A stretch of DNA of 64,000 nt from a virus. Its lineage: Duplodnaviria > Caudoviricetes. The position numbers and the translations under genes are program-made. Positions within the stretch are counted from its first letter, which is position 1. Every line of letters starts with the position of its first letter. The notes beneath the pieces were generated by a model, which searched no databases, was not told the origin of the DNA, and was given only the letters and a program-made list of their open reading frames with translations. The stretch lies in IMG/VR virus record IMGVR_UViG_3300046804_003398, one strand, 5' to 3'. Shown here one piece after another: positions 55,644-64,000 of this stretch.

Positions 55644-57941
55644 TTATAGGGCACATGCACCGCTTTCACAACCAGATTGTTGTTCAATCTTGGGTTCAGG
55701 CTTTACTGCCTCTGTCTTTTTATGTTCCATAGCGGTTTGTTTATCACCATCATCGGTATTAGCGTAATACAAATTCTTGATACCATACTTGTAAGCCATC
55801 AACATATCCTTAATAACTTCTTGAACTGGAACCTTGTTACTAGGATACCTTGAAGGAACATAATAGGTATTTGTGCTGATACTCATATCTGTGAACTTCT
55901 GAATAGCAGCAGCCACTCTGAGATATCCGTCATTGTCAGGCATGTCAAAAGCAAACGTATAATGTTCCTTATACTTGTCAATGCCTGGAACCACCACTGG
56001 CAAAATGTTACTCTTGCTTCCCTTGAAACTGATCAAACTACGAGGAGGTTCAATGCCGTTGGTGGAACTCTGAATCACACTGCTTGACTCCACAGGCATA
56101 CAGGCAGTAAGAGTAGAATGTCTCATACCATGTTTCTTGATTTCCTCACGCAGAGCTTCCCAATCCATATGTAGAGGTTCAGTGATGAATTCATCAACGT
56201 CTCTCTTATAAGTATCAATTGGCAACACTCCTTGACTAAACTTGGTCTTATCAAACTTCTCACACTTACCAAGTTCCTTAGCCATCTCAACAGATGCTTG
56301 AATCAAATAGTAACTCTGTTTCTCCATCCACTTGGCAACAAAGTTTGGAGCATTCTTGTCCCAATACTTCAATCCTTCTTTTGCCAACAAAGCAGCCAAG
56401 TTACTTACACCTACACCAAGACTACGGCGTCTCTTGGCAAAGTTCTCAGCAGCCGGAACGAAATAGTTTTGGTGTTCAATCAAAGAATCCAACATTCTAA
56501 CGATCACTTCACACACACTCTTCATTTCTTCGTCATCCTTGATCTCCAACCAGTTTACGGCAGCAAGAATACAAACGCCAATTTCACCGTTCTTGTCATT
56601 AACATCCTCAATAGGAATCAAAGGATGATTGACTTCAAGACACAAGTTACTGGTGTCAACCTGTTCCAACCAACTGCCGTGGTCGTTAGCATGGTCAACA
56701 AACATAGTATAAATACGACCAGTCTCCAAACGTTCCTTGGCAAGAAGACCCATCAATTCACGAGCAGAAACCTTCTTCTTGAACTTAATGTTCTTGTTGG
56801 CTTCAGCCTTTTCATACTTTTCCTTGAAGTCAGCAAAACCAAAACTGTTCCACAAACTAGGACACTCATGATAACTGAACAATGTAACTTCTTTGTTTTG
56901 GAGGAAACGTTCAAAGATTAACTTATCCAATCCTACACAATAGTCCAACTTACGAACTCGGTTATCGTCAGTTCCGGCATTGTTCTTCAACACCAGAATA
57001 TCCATGATGTCATAGTGGAACCAAGCAAAGTTAACAGTTGCACTTCCACCACGAATACCGTTCTGGTGACAACACTTCACAGTAGACTCAAATGCCTTGG
57101 CAAAAGGAATTGGTCCAGTATGAATAACTTCACCATTACGAATTGGTGCATTGGTGGCACGCAAACGAGAAAGGTTCAATCCAATACCATAACGACTTGC
57201 AGTAGCAAAACCAACTGCACTGTTGTTGCTGAAGATACTCTTGAGAGTGTCATCAACGGTAAATAGAGAACATGAAGCATAACTCTTCATTGGAGTTCTC
57301 ACACCAGCCATGATTGGGGTTGGAAGATTGATCTTGTGTTTGCTGAAATAGTTGTATGCCTTCTTTACATACTCAAGACGACCTTCCTTATAGTCCTTGA
57401 AGAATGTCATGGCAATCAACATATATGCGAACTGTGGAGTCTCATAGATCTTCTTGGTTGATCTATTTTGCACCAAGTATTTGTCACACAACTGCTTGAT
57501 ACCGGCATAAGTGAAATTGAAATCACGATCATGCTTCAGATATTCGTCAAGCTTGTCGAACTCTTGTTTGGTATACCAGTTGAGAATTTCTTCATCATAT
57601 ACCAAGTTGGTTATGTTTTCCTTTGTGAGGTCATACAACTTGGGTGGATTCTTGCCTCCCCACACTTCTTTACGAAGATGGTAATTCAACAATCGTGAAG
57701 CAACATATTGATAATTAGGCTTTTCTTCACTAATCAAATTTGCAGCTGCTTCAATCAACATAGAATGAACGTCCTTGGTTGTCATTCCATCAAAGAAGGA
57801 CAAGTGTGCGTTCATTGCTACTTCCTCGAAACCAACACCTTTGATGTCAACGGTAGCCCATTGCAAAACCTTATTGATTTTGTCTGCGTTGAATTTTTCT
57901 ACCTTACCGTTACGTTTTTTAATAAAAATCTCTTTGTTCAT
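55644..57941 (-). CDS. nrdA: ribonucleotide reductase class Ia alpha subunit with ATP cone
   Basis: KRNG ATP cone, LPTP, ASC, SNLCLE, CILAA, LYY, C-terminal CESGAC. Confidence 0.98.
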   Translation of the reverse strand: MNKEIFIKKRNGKVEKFNADKINKVLQWATVDIKGVGFEEVAMNAHLSFFDGMTTKDVHSMLIEAAANLISEEKPNYQYVASRLLNYHLRKEVWGGKNPPKLYDLTKENITNLVYDEEILNWYTKQEFDKLDEYLKHDRDFNFTYAGIKQLCDKYLVQNRSTKKIYETPQFAYMLIAMTFFKDYKEGRLEYVKKAYNYFSKHKINLPTPIMAGVRTPMKSYASCSLFTVDDTLKSIFSNNSAVGFATASRYGIGLNLSRLRATNAPIRNGEVIHTGPIPFAKAFESTVKCCHQNGIRGGSATVNFAWFHYDIMDILVLKNNAGTDDNRVRKLDYCVGLDKLIFERFLQNKEVTLFSYHECPSLWNSFGFADFKEKYEKAEANKNIKFKKKVSARELMGLLAKERLETGRIYTMFVDHANDHGSWLEQVDTSNLCLEVNHPLIPIEDVNDKNGEIGVCILAAVNWLEIKDDEEMKSVCEVIVRMLDSLIEHQNYFVPAAENFAKRRRSLGVGVSNLAALLAKEGLKYWDKNAPNFVAKWMEKQSYYLIQASVEMAKELGKCEKFDKTKFSQGVLPIDTYKRDVDEFITEPLHMDWEALREEIKKHGMRHSTLTACMPVESSSVIQSSTNGIEPPRSLISFKGSKSNILPVVVPGIDKYKEHYTFAFDMPDNDGYLRVAAAIQKFTDMSISTNTYYVPSRYPSNKVPVQEVIKDMLMAYKYGIKNLYYANTDDGDKQTAMEHKKTEAVKPEPKIEQQSGCESGACAL

Positions 57942-57980
57942 AAATCTGTTACAATGGTGATAAATAATTATGTGTCAAAA

Positions 57981-58046
57981 ATGCCGTTGTAAACTATCTG
58001 ACAGAACTTTTTGAAACTTTTTTTGTCAGGTTTTTTACAACGGCAT
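57981..58046. repeat. 66-nt imperfect palindrome / long terminator-like hairpin
   Basis: ATGCCGTTGTAAA vs TTTACAACGGCAT (13 bp) plus CTGACA vs TGTCAG; UUUUU follows on the minus strand. Confidence 0.75.
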
Positions 58047-58054
58047 ACTATGAA

Positions 58055-59440
58055 TTATTCTTCGTCGTCTGTGCTACTATGGGCATTCCACTTATTCTTC
58101 AGAATTTTCTTGACTTGGTTTTCACCATCCATCATCTCATTTTGAAGTGCCATACCTTCTCTTGAAGATTCACTGAATATTTCAATCTGACCACATCCGG
58201 CATTCATCTTACTTGGGAATGTCAAACCATCTGGTCCGAAACGATTCTTGATGATATGGAATCGTGCAGTGTTGTTAACTTTATCGGTAACTTTACGACT
58301 GAGTGACATAACAAAGTCGGCAGTCATGATCTTACGATAACTGTCTGCGATGTTGTTAGCCTGAATGATATCTTCATCCATTGCGGCACGATTACTTTGT
58401 GAAGCACTCCAAATAGGAACTTGTAGTTCACCCGCAATACTTCTCAATTCTTCGTAAATACCACCAGCTTCTTGATAACTGTTACTATTACGATCACTGT
58501 GAATTGGTCGAAGAATATCAGCATAATCGACAATAATCATATCAATCTTGGTTCCCAGAGTATGAATACGTTCACAATGTGACTTCAAACTATGAGCTGA
58601 TACTGTCTTGATCGGGAAATACTTGATCTTCAACTTGCCAGGCACTTCGTTGATCTTCTGTTTGACTACCTCGACATTGTTACGAATATTCTGGAAGTCA
58701 ATACCAGTGAAACAACTATCATAACGAAGACCAACATAGTTCTCATTCAACTCCAACGTGAAGTGAAGAACGTTCTTTCCTTGCTTCATTGCCTCGGCAC
58801 CAAGCTTGCTCAAGACCCAAGACTTACCAGATCCGGCACAAGCCGTAATAATACCAAGTTCGCCAGGTCCAAGACCACCGTCCATCAAACCATCAATTAC
58901 TTCCCAATTGGTTTTGATTGAATTACGAGCCATCACAGTCATACGCTTCTCAACGTCTTCTTCATACGAATGACCGAGATTACGTTCCATGCCTGCCTTA
59001 AGAGCTTCATCAACCTTGCTCTTGATCTTTTCATACTCACCAGTTGCCAACAAATCTGCGGCATCCATGATGGCATTCTTCAACTTCTGATTCTTACAGA
59101 ATTCAAGAAACTGTTCCTTGATGAACTTCAAATCACCATCGTTCATCTTTTGATACACCAACTTTAGACTGTTAACGATACTCGCCTTGAGTGCCTCATT
59201 GGTAATAGTTTCAAGTCTGACCTTGAAGACGTTGAGTGAAGGAAGATCACGATATTCATGAAAGTAACTGATACTTTCCTTGACGATCCATCTATGTGCC
59301 TCATTCTCAAAGAAGTCTGCTTCTACGATGTCTGCCAATCGTTCAATGAATGGACGATCAGATACCAGTCCTGCGATGCATTTAACTTGGAATTCATTTC
59401 CAAACTTTTTTAGGTTGTCGATAATTACTTTGTCGCTCAT
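58055..59440 (-). CDS. gp41: DnaB-like replicative helicase (T4 gp41-like)
   Basis: GGLGPGEL, AGSGKS, FTLEL, IVDYAD, ASQSNR, KNRFG. Confidence 0.93.
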   Translation of the reverse strand: MSDKVIIDNLKKFGNEFQVKCIAGLVSDRPFIERLADIVEADFFENEAHRWIVKESISYFHEYRDLPSLNVFKVRLETITNEALKASIVNSLKLVYQKMNDGDLKFIKEQFLEFCKNQKLKNAIMDAADLLATGEYEKIKSKVDEALKAGMERNLGHSYEEDVEKRMTVMARNSIKTNWEVIDGLMDGGLGPGELGIITACAGSGKSWVLSKLGAEAMKQGKNVLHFTLELNENYVGLRYDSCFTGIDFQNIRNNVEVVKQKINEVPGKLKIKYFPIKTVSAHSLKSHCERIHTLGTKIDMIIVDYADILRPIHSDRNSNSYQEAGGIYEELRSIAGELQVPIWSASQSNRAAMDEDIIQANNIADSYRKIMTADFVMSLSRKVTDKVNNTARFHIIKNRFGPDGLTFPSKMNAGCGQIEIFSESSREGMALQNEMMDGENQVKKILKNKWNAHSSTDDEE

Positions 59441-59465
59441 GTGTTACTTTCTATTTGATAATACG

Positions 59466-59494
59466 ATGCTACACTACATGCGTAGCATCTTCAA
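59466..59494 (-). promoter_or_regulatory. sigma70-type promoter for the helicase, overlapped by a palindrome
   Basis: TTGAAG-17-TAGCAT; GATGCTAC-N9-GTAGCATC at 59465-59489. Confidence 0.55.
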
Positions 59495-59507
59495 CTTTTT
59501 ATACTGG

Positions 59508-60575
59508 TTAGATTACGAAACTGTTGACCTTACCCCAAGTCTCATTCAACCATACCATGTAGTTTGGTAGGTTATTCCACATTTTATCTTCGTTGATCAA
59601 CTTGCTGAAGACCAGTTTGTTTATATGGGGAACTGGCTTTTGAATGATCTCTTCAATTCTGAGTTGAGTGAATGACTGAATCTGTGTGTCTTTCAATTGC
59701 ATCAACTCATGATTTCTATCAAGTGTCAGTTTGTCACTCAACACTTTTTCATAGAGCTTATACTTGCCTTTGTTGTTTTCAGCGTAATTGTAAATTTCTT
59801 GCAGAGAAGTTTGACGTTCGTCTGCCAAAAACGGAAAACACTTCAATATGGTTTTTAGACCAGCACCATTGATGCCTGGAATATTATCACTATCATCACC
59901 TTCCATAGCTCTATAGAAAATGAAGTTATTACATGTGATACCATATTCATCTACGATTTCTTTACAACCAAAAATCTTCTTCTTGGTAGGACTCCAAATT
60001 TTGATTCTGTCACTGGCTAACTGTAGAAAGTCTTTATCCGATGACATGATGGTAACGTTGCTTTCTTTGAATGTTTGTTCAGCCAAATAAGCAATAGTAT
60101 CATCAGCTTCAATATTATCAATTGCCATCACAGTAATTGGTAATACATCAAGATAGTTGATTAGTCGCAACAACTCCATCTTGAGATTCTTTTGTTCAAT
60201 ATCACTATTAGACATATCGTCATAGGTTCTATTGAACTTGATACGAGTCTTACGTCCCTTTTTGTATTCTGGGTAAATCTTACGACGTTTTTGACTACCA
60301 CCATTACCGTCAAAAACAACAATAACACGGGTGGGATTCAATAGTTTGATTGCATAACCGACACTCTTCAAGAAACCAGCAATCCCACCCGTGTGCATTC
60401 CATCGTCATTCATAGATGGAACCGCCATGAACGATCTAATAAAGGTATTTAGACCGTCCACGATGAGGATGTCGGAGTTGGTAGTTTTTTGAAGGCCACC
60501 AGCCCCGACATCCTCTTTGATGTTCTCAAACAACGAGAACAACTTTTTCTTTTCGTTGGAAGTAAATCCACTCAT
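59508..60575 (-). CDS. rnh: 5'-3' exonuclease / flap endonuclease (T4 RNase H-like)
   Basis: VDGLN, VFDG, YK, EADD, SSDKDFLQL, GDDSDNIPG. Confidence 0.9.
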   Translation of the reverse strand: MSGFTSNEKKKLFSLFENIKEDVGAGGLQKTTNSDILIVDGLNTFIRSFMAVPSMNDDGMHTGGIAGFLKSVGYAIKLLNPTRVIVVFDGNGGSQKRRKIYPEYKKGRKTRIKFNRTYDDMSNSDIEQKNLKMELLRLINYLDVLPITVMAIDNIEADDTIAYLAEQTFKESNVTIMSSDKDFLQLASDRIKIWSPTKKKIFGCKEIVDEYGITCNNFIFYRAMEGDDSDNIPGINGAGLKTILKCFPFLADERQTSLQEIYNYAENNKGKYKLYEKVLSDKLTLDRNHELMQLKDTQIQSFTQLRIEEIIQKPVPHINKLVFSKLINEDKMWNNLPNYMVWLNETWGKVNSFVI

Positions 60576-60577
60576 GA

Positions 60578-61720
60578 TTATTCTTCAGCGCCAGCGTCTT
60601 CTTCTTCAGACGACACTTCTGCGTCTTCAACAATCTTGCTGTTTGGGTCTTTATACTTCATTACTGTTGCGTCACAAATCTTCAAGTAAATTTCTTCCTT
60701 TAGCTTTGTGTCAGTTTGCAACGTAGAAATGAAATCCTTAGACTGGAACTTCCATTCGGTGCCATCATCCTTTTGATAGGTATAATATGCACCGCCTTGT
60801 TTGATTAGATTATTGTCCTTGAGAACTTTAATCCAACTGCTGTAGTCGGCAATTCCGCTATCGTAGTAGATATCGAAATTAGCGAGTCGATTGGGCGGAC
60901 CCATTCTGTTCTTAACAACAACTGCCTTACACTCATTACCGATGATTTCCTCACCCTTCTTGAGCTTACCAGTGTTGTTAAGACGAACACGAACACTACA
61001 ATGATAAGCCAGAGCCTTACCACCACTCACTACATACTTGTCACCAAATGCCATAGCATTTAGATTCTGACGTAGTTGATTAGTAAACACGGTAAGAACC
61101 TTTTGCTTACCAATCATGTTGGTGATCTTTCTCATAGCCTTACTGATAATGATACTCTTACCAGTTGCATAACCATCCTTGCCATGATCACTCTCTAGTT
61201 CTGCCTTTGTTGAAGCAGCAGCCACAGAGTCAACAATGATTGTGAGAATACGATCCTTGTTAGACTTTCTCACAATTGCAATCATCTTCTCCATCTGTTC
61301 AAAAATGTCCTCAACGGTTTCACATTGAACATACAGAAGTTTAGATAGATTTACACCAAGACTCTTCCAGAACTCAGGAGCAGCAGCATTTTCAGTATCA
61401 ATAACCACTGCAATTCCACCCTTCTTTTGGGTATCGGCCACGACATGCGCACTAACAAGACTCTTACCAGTGCCTTCAAGACCGTTGAATTCTACCATTT
61501 TACCAACAGGCAATCCACCGTGAGGACGATTGCTGATTGCTAAATCCAAAATAGATGATCCCGTGCTGATCCAGTCAGTGATATCAGCCGGATTATCTTG
61601 TTCATCCAACCTATACGCAATCTTTCCACCATCCTTATTAGCTTTGTTAAGCTCATTTTGGAGTAGATCAATTAGATCGTCTCTGTTGGATTCTTGTCCG
61701 CTATTTGATTTTTTTGCCAT
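60578..61720 (-). CDS. uvsX: RecA-like recombinase (UvsX)
   Basis: STGS..LD, GLEGTGKS, DTENA, DSVAA, NQLR, GGKAL, KNR. Confidence 0.93.
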   Translation of the reverse strand: MAKKSNSGQESNRDDLIDLLQNELNKANKDGGKIAYRLDEQDNPADITDWISTGSSILDLAISNRPHGGLPVGKMVEFNGLEGTGKSLVSAHVVADTQKKGGIAVVIDTENAAAPEFWKSLGVNLSKLLYVQCETVEDIFEQMEKMIAIVRKSNKDRILTIIVDSVAAASTKAELESDHGKDGYATGKSIIISKAMRKITNMIGKQKVLTVFTNQLRQNLNAMAFGDKYVVSGGKALAYHCSVRVRLNNTGKLKKGEEIIGNECKAVVVKNRMGPPNRLANFDIYYDSGIADYSSWIKVLKDNNLIKQGGAYYTYQKDDGTEWKFQSKDFISTLQTDTKLKEEIYLKICDATVMKYKDPNSKIVEDAEVSSEEEDAGAEE

Positions 61721-61735
61721 AACGTGTATAACTAG

Positions 61736-61770
61736 AAAGCCGGTGGGGTATAAAAAACTCCACCGGCTTT
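61736..61770. terminator. hairpin terminator/attenuator between SSB and uvsX
   Basis: AAAGCCGGTGG / CCACCGGCTTT 11-bp stem. Confidence 0.75.
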
Positions 61771-61781
61771 ATTTATTGTTT

Positions 61782-62672
61782 TTAGGAGTTGAACAAGTCA
61801 TCAAAAGCTTTCTCTACATCAGTAGATCCACCCTTTGACTTACTTGCGGTTGGAGAAACAAAAGCAGCCTTCTTAGTTTCTGCCTTTGGTTGAACAGCAG
61901 TCTTTACTCCAGACGGAGCAGCTGCCTTCACTGTAGCGGGAGTTTCAGCGACTTCCTCTTCAGCCTCAGTTCCAGCGGGAACTTCAACTTCAGCGGTTTC
62001 GGTTTCTGGATTCAACCACTTATCCATAACGTCCTTGAGTTCATCATAAGACAACTCTGGGAACAGATCAAGGATGTTAGTCTGATTCTTGAGGGAATCA
62101 ACCAACTGAGCGTTCTTAGGATCAACAGCAGGTGTGACATTTGGCTTCACACGAACTGTGGTCTCAGGGAAGCTCTTACCAGTTTCCTCTGCGGTCTTGA
62201 ACTCAATGGTAATATCACGACCATTTGCGAGATCAGTAATATCACCATACTCTGGATCAAGACATACCGACACAAGCTCTTGATACACGGTCTTACCGAA
62301 TCCCCAGAACTTCACACCCTCACTCTCTTGACCACGAACGATCACAGGGGCGAATGTGCGCATCTTGGGTTCCATCTTACGACCCATCTGCCAATCTTCC
62401 TTGGAACCAGTCTTCTTCAAACGATTGGCAAACTCCACGATAGGATCTGGACGACCAAAGCTGTCAGGAGACAAATAGGTCTTACCATTAATGTTATAGT
62501 GGAACTTGAGTTCAATAAACGGATTCTCGGGATTGAACTTGTAGGGAACAATACGAACAACTTGCTTACCGGGATTAGGCTTCCAGAGAACATCATTCTT
62601 CTTACTGTTTCCAGAACCTTGGCTTGAAAGGGAGTTCAAGCGACTCTTCAACTGCGATATATTTAGTGCCAT
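61782..62672 (-). CDS. gp32: single-stranded DNA-binding protein (gp32-like)
   Basis: WKP..GKQVVRIVP, FHY, DPI.E, WGFG, G.DIT.., acidic C-terminus DDLFNS. Confidence 0.85.
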   Translation of the reverse strand: MALNISQLKSRLNSLSSQGSGNSKKNDVLWKPNPGKQVVRIVPYKFNPENPFIELKFHYNINGKTYLSPDSFGRPDPIVEFANRLKKTGSKEDWQMGRKMEPKMRTFAPVIVRGQESEGVKFWGFGKTVYQELVSVCLDPEYGDITDLANGRDITIEFKTAEETGKSFPETTVRVKPNVTPAVDPKNAQLVDSLKNQTNILDLFPELSYDELKDVMDKWLNPETETAEVEVPAGTEAEEEVAETPATVKAAAPSGVKTAVQPKAETKKAAFVSPTASKSKGGSTDVEKAFDDLFNS

Positions 62673-62754
62673 AATTAGTTTAATTAGTTAATTAGTTTAT
62701 AGGTTAATTAGTTAAGTATTCTTAATTCACTTAAATTAAGATTCGTAACGAATC
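62672..62754 (-). promoter_or_regulatory. repeat-rich SSB leader (candidate autogenous translational operator)
   Basis: Four copies of TAATTAGTT plus the hairpin GATTCG-TAA-CGAATC. Confidence 0.55.
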
Positions 62755-62765
62755 ACCATGACAAT

Positions 62766-62794
62766 ACTCTACAGTCTATGCAGAGAATCGTCAA
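62766..62794 (-). promoter_or_regulatory. sigma70-type promoter for SSB
   Basis: TTGACG-17-TAGAGT. Confidence 0.55.
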
Positions 62795-62808
62795 GGTATA
62801 AATAAGTA

Positions 62809-63204
62809 TTACCAGGAAAGCACAGAAAACAACTTTAATCCGACTATTTTTACGCCTGGATCTGCTACCAAAATGATGCTATTTTTGTATAAATCCCAGT
62901 TCAATTGAAAGGTTTTATCGAACACACCGTTGTTCTCGTCTTCAATCAATCTGTTCATAGCATTCAACGTATATAGCGTGTTGGTTTGCTTCTTTCTGTG
63001 AACGCTTATCGTATTCGGATATTTGATTTTGGAATCGATGTTTTTAACAATATTGAATGTGAGATAAATTTCTCTCAGATTCTTCTCGTTAGCAAACACG
63101 AATATTTTGTTATCTGCCATCTCGTAGGTCTTTTTGATCTCGTCTACGACTGACAAATATTTGTTGCTGTCTGAGAATGTGCAAAGCAGTTGTTTTTGAA
63201 TCAT
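62809..63204 (-). CDS. conserved phage hypothetical protein
   Basis: LLCTF, HRKKQTNTLYTLNAMN, W..Y.NSI. Confidence 0.7.
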   Translation of the reverse strand: MIQKQLLCTFSDSNKYLSVVDEIKKTYEMADNKIFVFANEKNLREIYLTFNIVKNIDSKIKYPNTISVHRKKQTNTLYTLNAMNRLIEDENNGVFDKTFQLNWDLYKNSIILVADPGVKIVGLKLFSVLSW

Positions 63205-64000
63205 GTTAATGTAGGTTCAGCAACAGGAGGTAACTGCGTCGATGTGTTTGGCATTTCCCATCTCCAAGCACCATCGGCATGTCCTTCAAACCCTAAAAAT
63301 TCTGTGAAGCTTTCCCAGCCCTCAGAAATCAACGCATTTAGATATCTCGAAAAGCGCAATAACACTTCAAATATACTTTGTAAACCAGATTTGATGTTCT
63401 CCCAAGCCTTTGTGAAAAAGTCTTTTAATTCGCCACTAAGCGATTTGATTGTGGTCCAAACATCACTAAAATAATCACTGATCGACTTGCCTATGCTTTG
63501 TAGTGTGTCCATAAGACCTTCGTCCAATTTAATTTCTTCTAGTTTAATATCACCACGAATCGCAATACCACGGGTGCCACCACGGTTTGAAAATCTGAAC
63601 GATATGTTCTTATCGTTTTCAGTAATGAACTTGTCTACTGTGTAATAATGGCAATCACCACTACAGTCCCAAGTCATCATATAGTCGGCAATACACTCGG
63701 CACTAAAGTCTGCCTTTCCTTGTTGGAATCTACGTTTTCCAGTAGCAAGTTCCTCAATTAACATGCGACGACGAGCTGGTTGAACAAATACACTATTGAG
63801 TGTCAACATCACAGTTTCAGTATTAACAGGTATCACACCCTTCTTTACAAACTGTTTGTTTTGAATAATGATCTTCTCAATATCACCCACTTCTGCTTTG
63901 ATTTGATCTACAGATTTATTACCTTTAACAGCATTCGTCAACGACTTTTGTAGTTTCTCTTTTACTTCGTCGTTTAGTCCAATATAAAACTTCTTTTGTA
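63201..64000 (-). CDS. hypothetical protein, 5'-truncated by the window edge
   Basis: The reading frame stays open from 63941 to the window end (QKKFYIGLNDEVKEKLQKSL...). Confidence 0.65.
   Translation of the reverse strand, partial: QKKFYIGLNDEVKEKLQKSLTNAVKGNKSVDQIKAEVGDIEKIIIQNKQFVKKGVIPVNTETVMLTLNSVFVQPARRRMLIEELATGKRRFQQGKADFSAECIADYMMTWDCSGDCHYYTVDKFITENDKNISFRFSNRGGTRGIAIRGDIKLEEIKLDEGLMDTLQSIGKSISDYFSDVWTTIKSLSGELKDFFTKAWENIKSGLQSIFEVLLRFSRYLNALISEGWESFTEFLGFEGHADGAWRWEMPNTSTQLPPVAEPTLT

Noticed and set aside
56232-56921. 229-aa plus-strand ORF
   Set aside because: Antisense shadow of nrdA; the same applies to the other short opposite-strand ORFs in the track
31489-57941. Inteins or group I introns in polB, nrdA or nrdB
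   Set aside because: The ORFs are contiguous and of normal length; no C/S...HN splice motifs or homing endonuclease motifs seen
57942-57980. NrdR box or promoter upstream of nrdA
   Set aside because: TTGACA is present but there is no convincing -10, and no good match to the NrdR palindrome
61890-62627. 245-aa plus-strand ORF
   Set aside because: Lies wholly antisense to the SSB gene, with no start signals; a shadow ORF
1-64000. Giant eukaryotic virus (NCLDV) origin
   Set aside because: The replisome is T4-type (gp32/41/43/44/45/62, UvsX), with sigma70 promoters, SD sequences and ATGA-coupled operons
1-64000. Stop-codon recoding (alternative genetic code)
   Set aside because: Core genes are full length and coding is dense under the standard code; the only split gene is a frame offset, not an in-frame stop

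Overview
The window is a 64-kb segment of a large T4-like (probably jumbo-class) dsDNA bacteriophage. It is AT-rich, densely coding in the standard genetic code, and shows no tRNA, rRNA, CRISPR array, intron or intein that I could see. It has three parts. (1) 1-29.2 kb is a very large glycan-synthesis island: about 19 glycosyltransferase-like genes (GT6, GT4-like, GT77-like, GT61, GT90, DUF6492 and five tandem divergent GT-A paralogues), UDP-galactopyranose mutase, a nucleotidyltransferase with a GDPD-like partner, three SAM methyltransferases, a SPASM radical SAM enzyme and a glycosidase-like propeller. (2) 29.3-34.1 kb and 54.6-62.7 kb hold the T4-type replication/recombination core (clamp loader, clamp, PolB, NrdAB, helicase, 5' exonuclease, UvsX, SSB). 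(3) 35-53 kb holds a second glyco-operon interleaved with a Cas4-like nuclease, an RHH regulator, dUTPase and a truncated UDP-sugar dehydrogenase, followed by dNMP kinase, gp62, UvsE, a DUF4338/DruA-like gene and a MoxR-VWA/zincin pair. Notable non-coding structure: a recurrent CTAT(A/T)TAT box 4-6 nt before start codons heading the glyco-operons (candidate phage late promoter giving leaderless mRNA), sigma70 promoters with a GTGG-extended -10, a gene-32-like repeat leader on the SSB gene, and a 66-nt palindrome upstream of nrdA. One small secreted protein suggests a Verrucomicrobia host. All family assignments come from recognising motifs by eye; no database search was run.
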